This document shows positions 39,822 through 48,030 of a stretch of 64,000 nt of DNA, piece after piece. Position 1 is the stretch's first letter, and each line of letters begins with the position of its first letter. The notes under the pieces were generated by a model, which saw only the letters and a list, made by a program, of their open reading frames with translations, did no database searches and was not told the origin of the DNA. The DNA is from an uncultured beta proteobacterium (GTDB lineage: Bacteria > Pseudomonadota > Gammaproteobacteria > Burkholderiales > Casimicrobiaceae), in the NCBI GenBank assembly GCA_963813415.1, contig CAWEYW010000008.1, positions 98,170 to 162,169 of the forward strand, written 5' to 3'. The position numbers and the translations under genes were made by a program.

Positions 39822-41066
39822 ATGTTCCGAGCCTCCCGCCATGCCGCGCTGCTGGCGCGCACGCTTTTTCTGCTCACCCTGACTCTCCTGCCCGGCCTGG
39901 CGCTCGCGCAGCGCATCTGTGTGGATCGCGACGTGATCGTCTTCGGCGACCGTCCGGTGGGCTCGTCGACGATCGTCACCGTAACGGTCAGCAATTGCGG
40001 AACCGCGCCCTTCAGCTTCACCGACGTCAGCGTGCATCCATCCACCGGCCCGGCGTTCAGGGTCAGATCCGGATGCGTCACCGGCGCCGCGCTGCAGCCT
40101 GGCGAAGCATGCACGGCCGATGTGGAATTCGCGCCGACGATCGCCGGCCAGGAGTCCGGCGGATTGTGGCTGCGCAATACCACGATCACGCCGTCACAGC
40201 TGATCACGTTCTATGGCCGCGGCATGACGTCGGCCGCGGGAACGTCCACGCTCGCTTTCGCCCCGTCTCCACTGCAATTCGGGGATACGCCGCCGGGGTC
40301 GACGAGCGCGTCCATCCGGCTCGACCTGCAGAATCGCGGATCTGTCGCGATCACTCCGTCCGCGCTGGTGGTCAACGGCCCGGATGCGTACGACTTCAAC
40401 GGGACGGGCGATTGCGCCGTGGGTCACGCGATCCCCGCCGGCGGCTCGTGCCATCTCGACATGGTGTTCACACCGCAGGCGCTGGGCACCCGGGTCGCCA
40501 ATCTGATCGTCGATGCGCCGCAGCTCGCGAGCCTCGCCATCCTCCAAATCACCGGGACCGGCGCGGTGGCGGTCGACGCGAATCCGGCCGTGGACATCGT
40601 GGAATTCCGCCACACGGAACTCGACCATTACTTCCTCACGGCTGAACCTGCAGAGGTGGATTTCATCGACCGCGGGGGATTGGGTCCGGCCTGGGTGCGC
40701 ACCGGCCGGCACCTGAGAGGCTGGCCTGCCGGCGCCGCGGCCCCGCAGGCAGAGGCGGTCGCGGCTTGCCGTTTCTTCGGCACGCCCGGCCTGGGTCCCG
40801 ACTCGCACTTCTACACGGTGGACGCCGGGGAATGCGCGGCCGTGAAGCAGGACCCGTACTGGACGTTCGAGGGTCTCGCCTTTCGCGTGCTGCCGCTCGT
40901 CGGCGGCGGCTGCGGCAGTGGCGCCGACGTCGTGCAGCGGCTATTCAAGCCGGCCGCGGACGTGACCGGCATTCGCCACCGGTACGTCATCAGCGGCGAC
41001 GATGTGGCGGCGATGCTGGCCGCGGGCTGGGTGCTGGAAGGGCCGGTGTTCTGCTCCGTCAGGTAA
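39822..41066 (+). CDS. secreted protein with two choice-of-anchor-D/ASH-like beta-sandwich repeats and a Cys-containing C-terminal domain
   Basis: Trimmed to ATG 39822 (signal peptide ...LLPGLALAQ). Repeats: FGDRPVGSSTIVTVTVSNCGTAPFSF...GEACTADVEFAP and FGDTPPGSTSASIRLDLQNRGSVAI...GGSCHLDMVFTP. C-terminal HYFLT and HFYT motifs. Confidence 0.7.
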   Translation: MFRASRHAALLARTLFLLTLTLLPGLALAQRICVDRDVIVFGDRPVGSSTIVTVTVSNCGTAPFSFTDVSVHPSTGPAFRVRSGCVTGAALQPGEACTADVEFAPTIAGQESGGLWLRNTTITPSQLITFYGRGMTSAAGTSTLAFAPSPLQFGDTPPGSTSASIRLDLQNRGSVAITPSALVVNGPDAYDFNGTGDCAVGHAIPAGGSCHLDMVFTPQALGTRVANLIVDAPQLASLAILQITGTGAVAVDANPAVDIVEFRHTELDHYFLTAEPAEVDFIDRGGLGPAWVRTGRHLRGWPAGAAAPQAEAVAACRFFGTPGLGPDSHFYTVDAGECAAVKQDPYWTFEGLAFRVLPLVGGGCGSGADVVQRLFKPAADVTGIRHRYVISGDDVAAMLAAGWVLEGPVFCSVR

Positions 41067-41176
41067 CGGGTAACAGGTAACAGGTAACAGGTAACAGGTA
41101 ACAGGTCAGGAACAGGTAATCAGGTATCAGGGATCAGGGATCAGGGATCAGGGATCAGGGATCAGAGGACAGGGAC
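41060..41176. repeat. tandem array of ~16 heptanucleotide units (CAGGTAA-type grading into CAGGGAT-type)
   Basis: Read directly: CAGGTAA CGGGTAA CAGGTAA x4 CAGGTCA (GGAA) CAGGTAAT CAGGTAT CAGGGAT x5 CAGAGGA CAGGGAC. The first unit contains the TAA stop of the upstream gene. Confidence 0.95.
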
Positions 41177-41416
41177 GAAAATCCGAGTGGGGCGACCTGC
41201 CAGACAACGGGAATCAGAAATCTGCGGACACGGAGCGGAAACAGAATCTCGTGCCGCGCGGATGAATCGATCGAAGGCATCGGGCAGTCCCGATATCAAT
41301 CGAGGGGGTCGGACCGGTCCGGATGGGTTGTCGTCGAGCGGAGTACCATAGTGAAGACCTCGAACTACAGCTCGGTTCTTCGTCTCTGTCCTCTGATCCC
41401 TGACCTCTGATCCCTG
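41156..41416. repeat. inverted repeat pair (21 nt, 20/21 match) bracketing a 205-bp lower-G+C spacer
   Basis: Left arm 41156..41176 is CAGGGATCAGAGGACAGGGAC. The reverse complement of 41382..41402 is CAGGGATCAGAGGACAGAGAC. A further partial unit follows to 41416. Confidence 0.9.
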
Positions 41417-41420
41417 AAAC

Positions 41421-42317
41421 GTGCCCTCGCTCGCCGGCAAACTCGTCGTCGCGATCTCCTCGCGGGCGTTGTTCGACCTCACCGAAAGCCACCGGATCTA
41501 CACCGAGCTCGGTGTCGAGGCCTACCACCGTTACCAGATCGAGCACGAGGAGGAACTGCTGGAGCCGGGGCCGGCGTTTTCGCTCGCGCAAAAGCTGCTG
41601 CGCCTCAACCGGCCCGACAAGCAGTACGTCGAGGTGATCCTGCTCTCGCGCAACAGCGCCGATACCGGCCTGCGCGTGTTCAACGCGATCAAGCACTACG
41701 GGCTCGACATCTCCCGCGCCGCGTTCACCAAGGGGGAGCCGACGTCCCGCTACGTGCCGGCGTTCGGTGCGCATCTTTTCCTGTCCGCCGACACCGGCGA
41801 CGTGCGGCGGGCGCTGGAGGACGGCTACGCCGCGGCGACGATCTTCCCCAGCATTTTCCGCAACGAGACCGACGAGCTGCGCATCGCCTTCGACGGTGAC
41901 GCGGTGCTGTTCTCGGACGAGGCGGAGCGCGTCTATCAGGCCAACGGGCTCGCCGCGTTCGCGAAAAGCGAGACGGACGCCGCGCTGCGCCCGCTGTCCG
42001 GCGGTCCCTTCAAGGAATTCCTGGCCGGCCTGCATCGCATCCAGGCCGATTTTCCGCAGGACAAGAGTCCGATTCGCACGGCGCTCGTCACCGCCCGCAG
42101 TGCGCCGGCGCACGAGCGGGTCATACGCACGCTGCGCGCATGGAACATCCGCATCGATGAAGCGCTCTTCCTTGGCGGCCTCGACAAGGGCGAATTCCTG
42201 CGCGCGTTCGGCGCCGACATCTTCTTCGACGACCAGCGCACGCACGTGGAATCCGCGATGAAGCACGTGGCCGCGGGCCACGTGCCGCACGGAATCGTCA
42301 ACGAGCCTTCCGGCTGA
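41421..42317 (+). CDS. 5'-nucleotidase (cytosolic IMP/GMP-specific-like family)
   Basis: GTG start. KLVVAISSRALFDL, IAFDGDAVLFSDE and FFDDQ motifs. Confidence 0.75.
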   Translation: MPSLAGKLVVAISSRALFDLTESHRIYTELGVEAYHRYQIEHEEELLEPGPAFSLAQKLLRLNRPDKQYVEVILLSRNSADTGLRVFNAIKHYGLDISRAAFTKGEPTSRYVPAFGAHLFLSADTGDVRRALEDGYAAATIFPSIFRNETDELRIAFDGDAVLFSDEAERVYQANGLAAFAKSETDAALRPLSGGPFKEFLAGLHRIQADFPQDKSPIRTALVTARSAPAHERVIRTLRAWNIRIDEALFLGGLDKGEFLRAFGADIFFDDQRTHVESAMKHVAAGHVPHGIVNEPSG

Positions 42318-42611
42318 CCGGTCCGCGAGGGCAGGGTTGCCGCACCTGCCAGCGGCGCAGCATGCCGGCATCGAGGCGCTGAATGACGCGAGCGCTGCGC
42401 GACCCCTGATGCCGGGCGGCGGCCACCACGCCGATTCCAGAAAGCAGCCAGGGCAGGAGCGACGGCTCGTCGGTCATCATCAAGTCGGGTGGGTGCCGAG
42501 GCGGGATTGCCATTCAGCAATATCTGCGCCCCGGGCCCAGGGGCCATTGAATCAAGCGCTTAGCAGGATTGCGCCGCGACCGCTGTCAAGCGTTTCGACA
42601 TCATTGCGCGA

Positions 42612-43622
42612 TCAGGCGAGCCGGCGACCGAAGAGGGGATACGACGGGTCGTTGTAGCCCGGCGTCGAAGGGTGCCCCGGGGCGACCAGGCTGTTCACCA
42701 GCGCCTCGTCCTCCGCGGTCCACGCGGTGCCCAAGGCGGCGACGTACTCCTGCCACTGTTCCAAGGTGCGCGGTCCGGCGACCACGGAGGTGACGATGCG
42801 ATTCGCCCAGAGCCAGGCGAGCGCGAATTGCAGCGGCGAGCGGTCGGTGGCCCTGGCGTGCGCCTGCAGCCGTTGCGCGATGCGCAGCGACTCTTCGCGG
42901 AACTCGGTCTGCATCATGCGTGTGTCCTGGCGACCCGCCCGGGTGTCTGCGGGCGGCGCAGCACCCGGCACGTACTTCGCCGTGAGCACGCCGCGCGCGA
43001 TCGGCGAATACGGCGCGACGCCCAGTCCGTAGTGATCGCTCGCCGGCAGGATCTCCACCTCGGCAATGCGATTCAGCAGGTTGTAATGCGGCTGGCAGAC
43101 CACCGGCGCCGGCACACCCATCGTGCGGCACAGGTGCACGACCTCCGCGATGCGCCAGCCACGGAAGTTCGACACCCCGAAGTAGCGAATCTTGCCGCTG
43201 CGCACGAGATCACCGATCGCGGCGACGGTTTCCGCGAGCGGCGTCCCCGGGTCGTCGCGATGCAGGTAATAAATGTCGATGAAGTCGGTGCGCAACCGCT
43301 CCAGGCTTTCGTCGCACGCGCGCAGCATCCAGCGTCGCGAAAGTCCGCCATCGTGCGGCAGCGCGGTCATCGGATTACCCACCTTGGTGGCCACGATCCA
43401 GTGGTGCCGCCGCGCTGCGATCGCGGCCCCGACGATGCGCTCCGACTCGCCCTCGGCGTACTTGTCGGCGGTGTCGATGAAATTGATGCCGGCATCGGCT
43501 GCTGCGTCGACGATGCGCGCGGCCGTCGCGGCGTCGGTGCGATCGCCGAACATCATCGTGCCGAGGCAGATCGGCGATACCTGCAGGCCGCTGCGGCCGA
43601 GGCGGCGATAGTCGATGGTCAT
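42612..43622 (-). CDS. aldo/keto reductase
   Basis: Only the last 336 codons of track ORF 42612..45617. ATG at 43622. RLGRSGLQVSPICLGTM, INFIDTADKYAEGESE, IRYFGVSNF. Confidence 0.9.
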   Translation of the reverse strand: MTIDYRRLGRSGLQVSPICLGTMMFGDRTDAATAARIVDAAADAGINFIDTADKYAEGESERIVGAAIAARRHHWIVATKVGNPMTALPHDGGLSRRWMLRACDESLERLRTDFIDIYYLHRDDPGTPLAETVAAIGDLVRSGKIRYFGVSNFRGWRIAEVVHLCRTMGVPAPVVCQPHYNLLNRIAEVEILPASDHYGLGVAPYSPIARGVLTAKYVPGAAPPADTRAGRQDTRMMQTEFREESLRIAQRLQAHARATDRSPLQFALAWLWANRIVTSVVAGPRTLEQWQEYVAALGTAWTAEDEALVNSLVAPGHPSTPGYNDPSYPLFGRRLA

Positions 43623-43754
43623 GGCTTCGTTCCCTGGTGAGCGCGCCACTATGCAGCAACCCCGTGCGGCGGGCAACGCGGCGCCAGTGGCATCGCCGGT
43701 ATAATCGCGGCCCCGGCGGGTCGCCTGTCGCCCCGCCAGTTCCGCTCCTTCCCC

Positions 43755-45593
43755 ATGCATGTCTTTTTCGAGGACGACGGCCAGTGCAAGGCCGGGACGA
43801 TCCTCGCCGACAACGAAGCGTCGCTGCAGGTCGAAGCCGCATCCGGCAAGCGCCTGAAGCTCAAGGCCGCCAGCGTGCTGCTGCGCTTCGCGTCGCCCGC
43901 GCCGGCCGCGCTCCTCGCCGATGCGCAGCGCATGGCCGCCGAGCTGGATCCGCAGTTCCTGTGGGAGGTGGGCAGCGACGAGGAGTTCGGCTTCGGCGAG
44001 CTCGCGCAGGACTACTACGGTCACGCGCCAGCCCCGGCCGAGGCGGCCGCCGTTGCGCTCGCGCTGCATGCCGCGCCGATGTTCTTCTACCGCCGCGGCA
44101 AGGGGCGCTACCGGCGCGCGCCCGCCGAGGCGCTGCGCGCCGCGCTGGCATCGATCGAGCGCAAGCGGCGCGAAGCGGAGCAGGCGGAAATCTGGATCGA
44201 CGAGCTCCGGGCGCATCGGCTGCCGCAGGCGTTCCGCGACAAGCTGCGCATGCTGCTGCACCGGCCGGACAAGCAATCGCTCGAATGGAAGGCCTTGTCG
44301 GCAGCGTGCGACGCGCTGCAGACCAATCCGCTCACGCTTCTCGCCGCGAGCGGTGCGATCCCGTCGACGCATGATTACCACTTCGATGCGTTCCTGGTGC
44401 AGGCCTTCCCGCAAGGAACCGGCTTCGGCCCATGGGGTTCGCTCGGGGCCCGGCCGGAACTGCCGCTCGCCGGCGTGCGGGCGTTCTCGATCGACGATGC
44501 GACCACGACGGAGATCGACGACGCGTTCTCGGTGCAGCCGCATGCCGGCGGCGGCTGGCGCGTGGGCATCCACATCGCCGCGCCGGCGCTCGGCATCGCA
44601 CGCGGATCGCCGCTGGACGCGATCGCGCGCCAGCGGCTGTCCACGGTCTACATGCCGGGCCACAAGATCACGATGCTGCCCGACGAAGCGGTCGACGCGT
44701 TCACGCTCGCGGCCGGCGATGCGCATCCGGCGCTGTCGCTGTACGCGGACGTCTCGGCCGAAGGCGCGCTGCTGCAGCATGAAACGAAGATCGAGCGTGT
44801 TGCGGTCAGCGCCAACCTGCGGCTCGACGCGATCACCGAGCATTTCGCGGCACCGCTGCCCGCGCCGCAGGACCCGGAGTGGACGCCGGAGCTGCGGGTG
44901 CTGTGGCGCCTCGCGCAGGTGCTCGCCGAGCGGCGCGGCAAGCCCGACATCCAGCGCATCGACTACAGCTTCTACGTCGATTGGGATGTGACGCCGGAGG
45001 GTCGGGTGCGCATCGTTCCGCGGCCGCGCGGCTCGCCGCTCGACAAGCTCGTCGCGGAGCTGATGATCTTCACCAACAGCACCTGGGGCAAGCTGCTGGC
45101 CGATGCACGCGTCCCCGGGCTGTACCGCACGCAGGGTGGAGGGAAGGTGAAGATGAGCACCCGGCCAGCGGAGCATCAGGGTCTTGGCGTGTCGCACTAC
45201 CTGTGGTCGAGCTCGCCGTTGCGCCGCTATTCCGACCTCATCAACCAGCGCCAGATCCTGGCCGTCATCTCGGGGACGAAGCCACCGTACGGCGACAACG
45301 ACGCCGAGCTCTTCGGCGCGCTGGCCGATTTCGAGGCGACGTACTCGGGCTATGCCGAGTTCCAGTCGCGCATGGAGCACTACTGGTGCCTGCGCTGGCT
45401 GCTCCAGGAAAACGTGCAGGAAGCCCGCGCCAGCGTGATCCGCGAGAACCTGGTGCGGTTCGACTCGCTGCCGCTGGTGGTGCGCCTCGCCGATCTGCCT
45501 TCGTTGCCGGCCGATGCGCCGGTGCGCGTCGCGATCGGCCGCATCGACCTGCTCCTGCTCACCCTCGAATGCCGCTTTGCGGGCCCCGGCTGA
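43755..45593 (+). CDS. RNB domain-containing ribonuclease (RNase II family)
   Basis: FSIDDATTTEIDDAFSV (RNB motif I) and SSPLRRYSDLINQRQI. Confidence 0.8.
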   Translation: MHVFFEDDGQCKAGTILADNEASLQVEAASGKRLKLKAASVLLRFASPAPAALLADAQRMAAELDPQFLWEVGSDEEFGFGELAQDYYGHAPAPAEAAAVALALHAAPMFFYRRGKGRYRRAPAEALRAALASIERKRREAEQAEIWIDELRAHRLPQAFRDKLRMLLHRPDKQSLEWKALSAACDALQTNPLTLLAASGAIPSTHDYHFDAFLVQAFPQGTGFGPWGSLGARPELPLAGVRAFSIDDATTTEIDDAFSVQPHAGGGWRVGIHIAAPALGIARGSPLDAIARQRLSTVYMPGHKITMLPDEAVDAFTLAAGDAHPALSLYADVSAEGALLQHETKIERVAVSANLRLDAITEHFAAPLPAPQDPEWTPELRVLWRLAQVLAERRGKPDIQRIDYSFYVDWDVTPEGRVRIVPRPRGSPLDKLVAELMIFTNSTWGKLLADARVPGLYRTQGGGKVKMSTRPAEHQGLGVSHYLWSSSPLRRYSDLINQRQILAVISGTKPPYGDNDAELFGALADFEATYSGYAEFQSRMEHYWCLRWLLQENVQEARASVIRENLVRFDSLPLVVRLADLPSLPADAPVRVAIGRIDLLLLTLECRFAGPG

Positions 45594-45657
45594 TGAGCGG
45601 TCGCGACGGCTATGCACCTGTCATGGGGTGCACGCTACAATAGCCAATTGACCCGCA

Positions 45658-47016
45658 TTGGCGTCTTTGCTGGCGCCCTGCCACTTGCCGAGCCGATCCA
45701 CCAAGCCGAAGCCAGCGATCCCAAGGCCCGCGACCGCAAGGCCAAGTGGGCCCGCACCCGGCAGCCCCGGGCTCGCGCTGGTCGAGGGCGCCCCGGCGCC
45801 CGTGAGCAAGCCCAAATCCGCCGTTGGCGGAAACAGCGCGAAGCGGGCAACGCCGCGCGTGGTGGCGGCCGCGCCACCCGTCGTCGACTCGCCTGCCGGG
45901 CCGGCGCGCGCGCCGGGCAGCAAGGCGCCCCGCAAGTCGCCTGCCAAGGCTGCGACCAAGGCGCCGCCAGCGTCCATCGCCGTGCCGGCCCAGGATGCGG
46001 CCGGCACAGTGCAGGCGCATGCGCAACCTGGCACGCCCGTCTCCGCACCAGCGCCGCTGCCGACGCCCGCAAGGTTGCGTGCCCTGGCCGGCGGCCTTGC
46101 GGGGAAATTCGCCCACCCGCTCCATGCGCTCCGGCGGGTGCCCGCGCGGCCTGCGCGCTGGGCCATCGCGGGATCGCCATTCTTCACCGTTGCTCTCGCC
46201 GGATCGGTGCTGATCCACCTGATCGCGCTGTCGATCCACTTCCAGCCGGAGCTGAAGCGGATGCTCGACCGCGGTCCGACGCTGGAAGTCGCGCTGGTGA
46301 ATGCCAAGACCAAGGACCGGCCCGCCAAGGCGGACATCCTTGCACAGGCCAATCTCGACGGCGGCGGCAACACCGATGCCGATCGCCGCGCGCGTACGCC
46401 ATTGCCGCTCATGCCCCAGTCGAAGGTGAACGCGGAGCTCGCGATGGCGCCGCAACAGATCGAGGAGCTCGAGCAAAAGACGCAGGAGTTGCTCACGCAG
46501 CTGCGCAGCGTGCCGATCGTCGCCCCACCGGCGCCGAAGCCTTCCGAAGCGGCCGAACCGCCCGATCTCCCCAGTACCGCCGAGCTCACGCAACGGGCTT
46601 TCGAGTCGATGCGTCTCGAGGCCCAGGTGGCCAAGGAGTTCGAGGCGTACCAGAAGCGTCCGAAGCGGCGCTTCATCGGCGCCCGCGCCGAAGAATACCG
46701 GTTTGCGCGCTACGTCGAGGACTGGCGCCTCAAGGTCGAGCGCATCGGCAATCTCAACTATCCGGAAGCGGCCCGCGAGCTCAAGCTCTACGGCAACCTC
46801 ATCCTGTCGGTCGCGATCCGCGCCGACGGTTCCCTCGAGAGCGTCGACGTCCATCGCTCGTCCGGGCAGCGCATTCTCGATGCTGCAGCGGTGCGCATCG
46901 TCGAGATGGGCGCGCCCTACGCACCGCTGCCGGCGAACATCCGCCGCGACACCGACGTGCTGGTCATCACCCGCACCTGGAGCTTCAGCAAGGGCGACGA
47001 GCTTCGCTCCGATTGA
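45658..47016 (+). CDS. TonB C-terminal domain protein with long basic Pro/Ala/Lys-rich N-terminal region (start uncertain)
   Basis: C-terminal YPEAARELKLYGNLILSVAIRADGSLESVDVHRSSGQRILDAAAVRIV. Single TM (FFTVALAGSVLIHLIALSI). Alternative GTG start at 46138, just before the TM. Confidence 0.7.
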   Translation: MASLLAPCHLPSRSTKPKPAIPRPATARPSGPAPGSPGLALVEGAPAPVSKPKSAVGGNSAKRATPRVVAAAPPVVDSPAGPARAPGSKAPRKSPAKAATKAPPASIAVPAQDAAGTVQAHAQPGTPVSAPAPLPTPARLRALAGGLAGKFAHPLHALRRVPARPARWAIAGSPFFTVALAGSVLIHLIALSIHFQPELKRMLDRGPTLEVALVNAKTKDRPAKADILAQANLDGGGNTDADRRARTPLPLMPQSKVNAELAMAPQQIEELEQKTQELLTQLRSVPIVAPPAPKPSEAAEPPDLPSTAELTQRAFESMRLEAQVAKEFEAYQKRPKRRFIGARAEEYRFARYVEDWRLKVERIGNLNYPEAARELKLYGNLILSVAIRADGSLESVDVHRSSGQRILDAAAVRIVEMGAPYAPLPANIRRDTDVLVITRTWSFSKGDELRSD

Positions 47017-47131
47017 GCGTGCCGGCGCCCGAATGCACGGGAACTGTCGGCGGCTCCTGCCGCCGTGGCGGCATGATGCGCGCCGCGCCCGCAGCGCCGC
47101 GCATGCGCCGCGGTCATCGACCCCGCCTTTC

Positions 47132-47848
47132 ATGACCCGCAGTACCGGTGCCGGCGCTGCCGTACGCCGCGGGTTCCTCTGGACGCTCGTGGGCCTGCTT
47201 GCCATCGTCGTGCTGTGGCTCGCCTGGGTGACGGGCCACATCGCATGGTGGCGCTCGCACCCGCCGCGCGAGACCGCATTCATGAGCCAGCGGATGGAAG
47301 CGCTGCAGGCGGTCAACCCGCGCGCCCAGCTGCGCTACCGATGGGTACCCTACGCGCGCATCTCCAGTCACCTTAAGCGCGCCATGATCGCCGCCGAGGA
47401 TGCGCGCTTCGTCGAGCACGAAGGCTTCGACTGGGAGGGCATCGAGCTGGCGCTGGAGAAGAACCAGCGTCGGGGCCGCGTCGTCGCGGGCGGCTCGACG
47501 ATAAGCCAGCAGCTCGCCAAGAACCTCTTCCTGTCGCCCGCCAAGAGCTACTGGCGCAAGATGGAGGAGGCGATCATCACGGTGCTGCTCGAGAACATGC
47601 TCGACAAGGAGCGCATTTTCGAGCTGTATCTCAACGTCATCGAGTGGGGCAACGGAGTGTTCGGTGCCGAAGCCGCGGCCCAGCGGTACTTCGGCATTCC
47701 CGCCGCGCAACTCAATGCCGAGCAGGCGGCGCGCCTCGCGGCCATGGCGCCCAATCCGCGCTTCTACGAACGCAACCAGGGCGCGCCCGGGCTCAATCGC
47801 AAGATACGCATCATCCTCGGCCGCATGCCCGGGACCGACGTGCCGTAG
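47132..47848 (+). CDS. mtgA: monofunctional biosynthetic peptidoglycan transglycosylase
   Basis: Track ORF 46703..47848 trimmed to ATG 47132. EDARFVEHEGFDW, GGSTISQQLAKNLFL, RKMEEA. Confidence 0.9.
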   Translation: MTRSTGAGAAVRRGFLWTLVGLLAIVVLWLAWVTGHIAWWRSHPPRETAFMSQRMEALQAVNPRAQLRYRWVPYARISSHLKRAMIAAEDARFVEHEGFDWEGIELALEKNQRRGRVVAGGSTISQQLAKNLFLSPAKSYWRKMEEAIITVLLENMLDKERIFELYLNVIEWGNGVFGAEAAAQRYFGIPAAQLNAEQAARLAAMAPNPRFYERNQGAPGLNRKIRIILGRMPGTDVP

Positions 47849-48030
47849 GACGACGGTTGCCCGCGAGCCGGCGCGAGGTCGCGTGCGATTGCGGCCGATG
47901 GCGTCCCCTCGCCTGCCGGCGCGCGCGATTCGCTCGCGTAGAATGCCGTCGGTCTTCGGCCGTGCATGCGGCCTCGTCCTGAACACAGCGTCAGGATCCG
48001 GCTTCCTCCAGGATCCCAACCTCGGCCGCC

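Noticed and set aside
41060-41176. CRISPR array
   Set aside because: The units are only 7 nt, are contiguous without spacers, and no cas genes are present. This is a microsatellite-like tandem repeat.
41156-41420. Retron msr/msd or group II intron fragment (inverted repeats flanking a structured non-coding stretch)
   Set aside because: No reverse transcriptase or maturase ORF is adjacent; the downstream gene is a 5'-nucleotidase. I also could not recognise the conserved msr/msd features, so it is kept only as a generic inverted-repeat-bracketed element.
42298-42513. 71-aa minus-strand ORF in the nucleotidase/AKR convergent spacer (MMTDEPSLLPWLLSGIGVVAAARHQG...)
   Set aside because: It has moderately G/C-rich third positions and one hydrophobic segment. 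But it overlaps the nucleotidase 3' end, has no clear RBS, and becomes Arg-rich junk in its C-terminal half. The evidence is insufficient.
43623-45617. Upper two-thirds of the 1001-aa minus-strand track ORF 42612..45617
   Set aside because: Only the last 336 codons (42612..43622) form a recognisable aldo/keto reductase with its own ATG. The remainder is Arg/Gly/Asp-rich junk exactly antisense to the RNB ribonuclease gene, a typical high-G+C shadow ORF.
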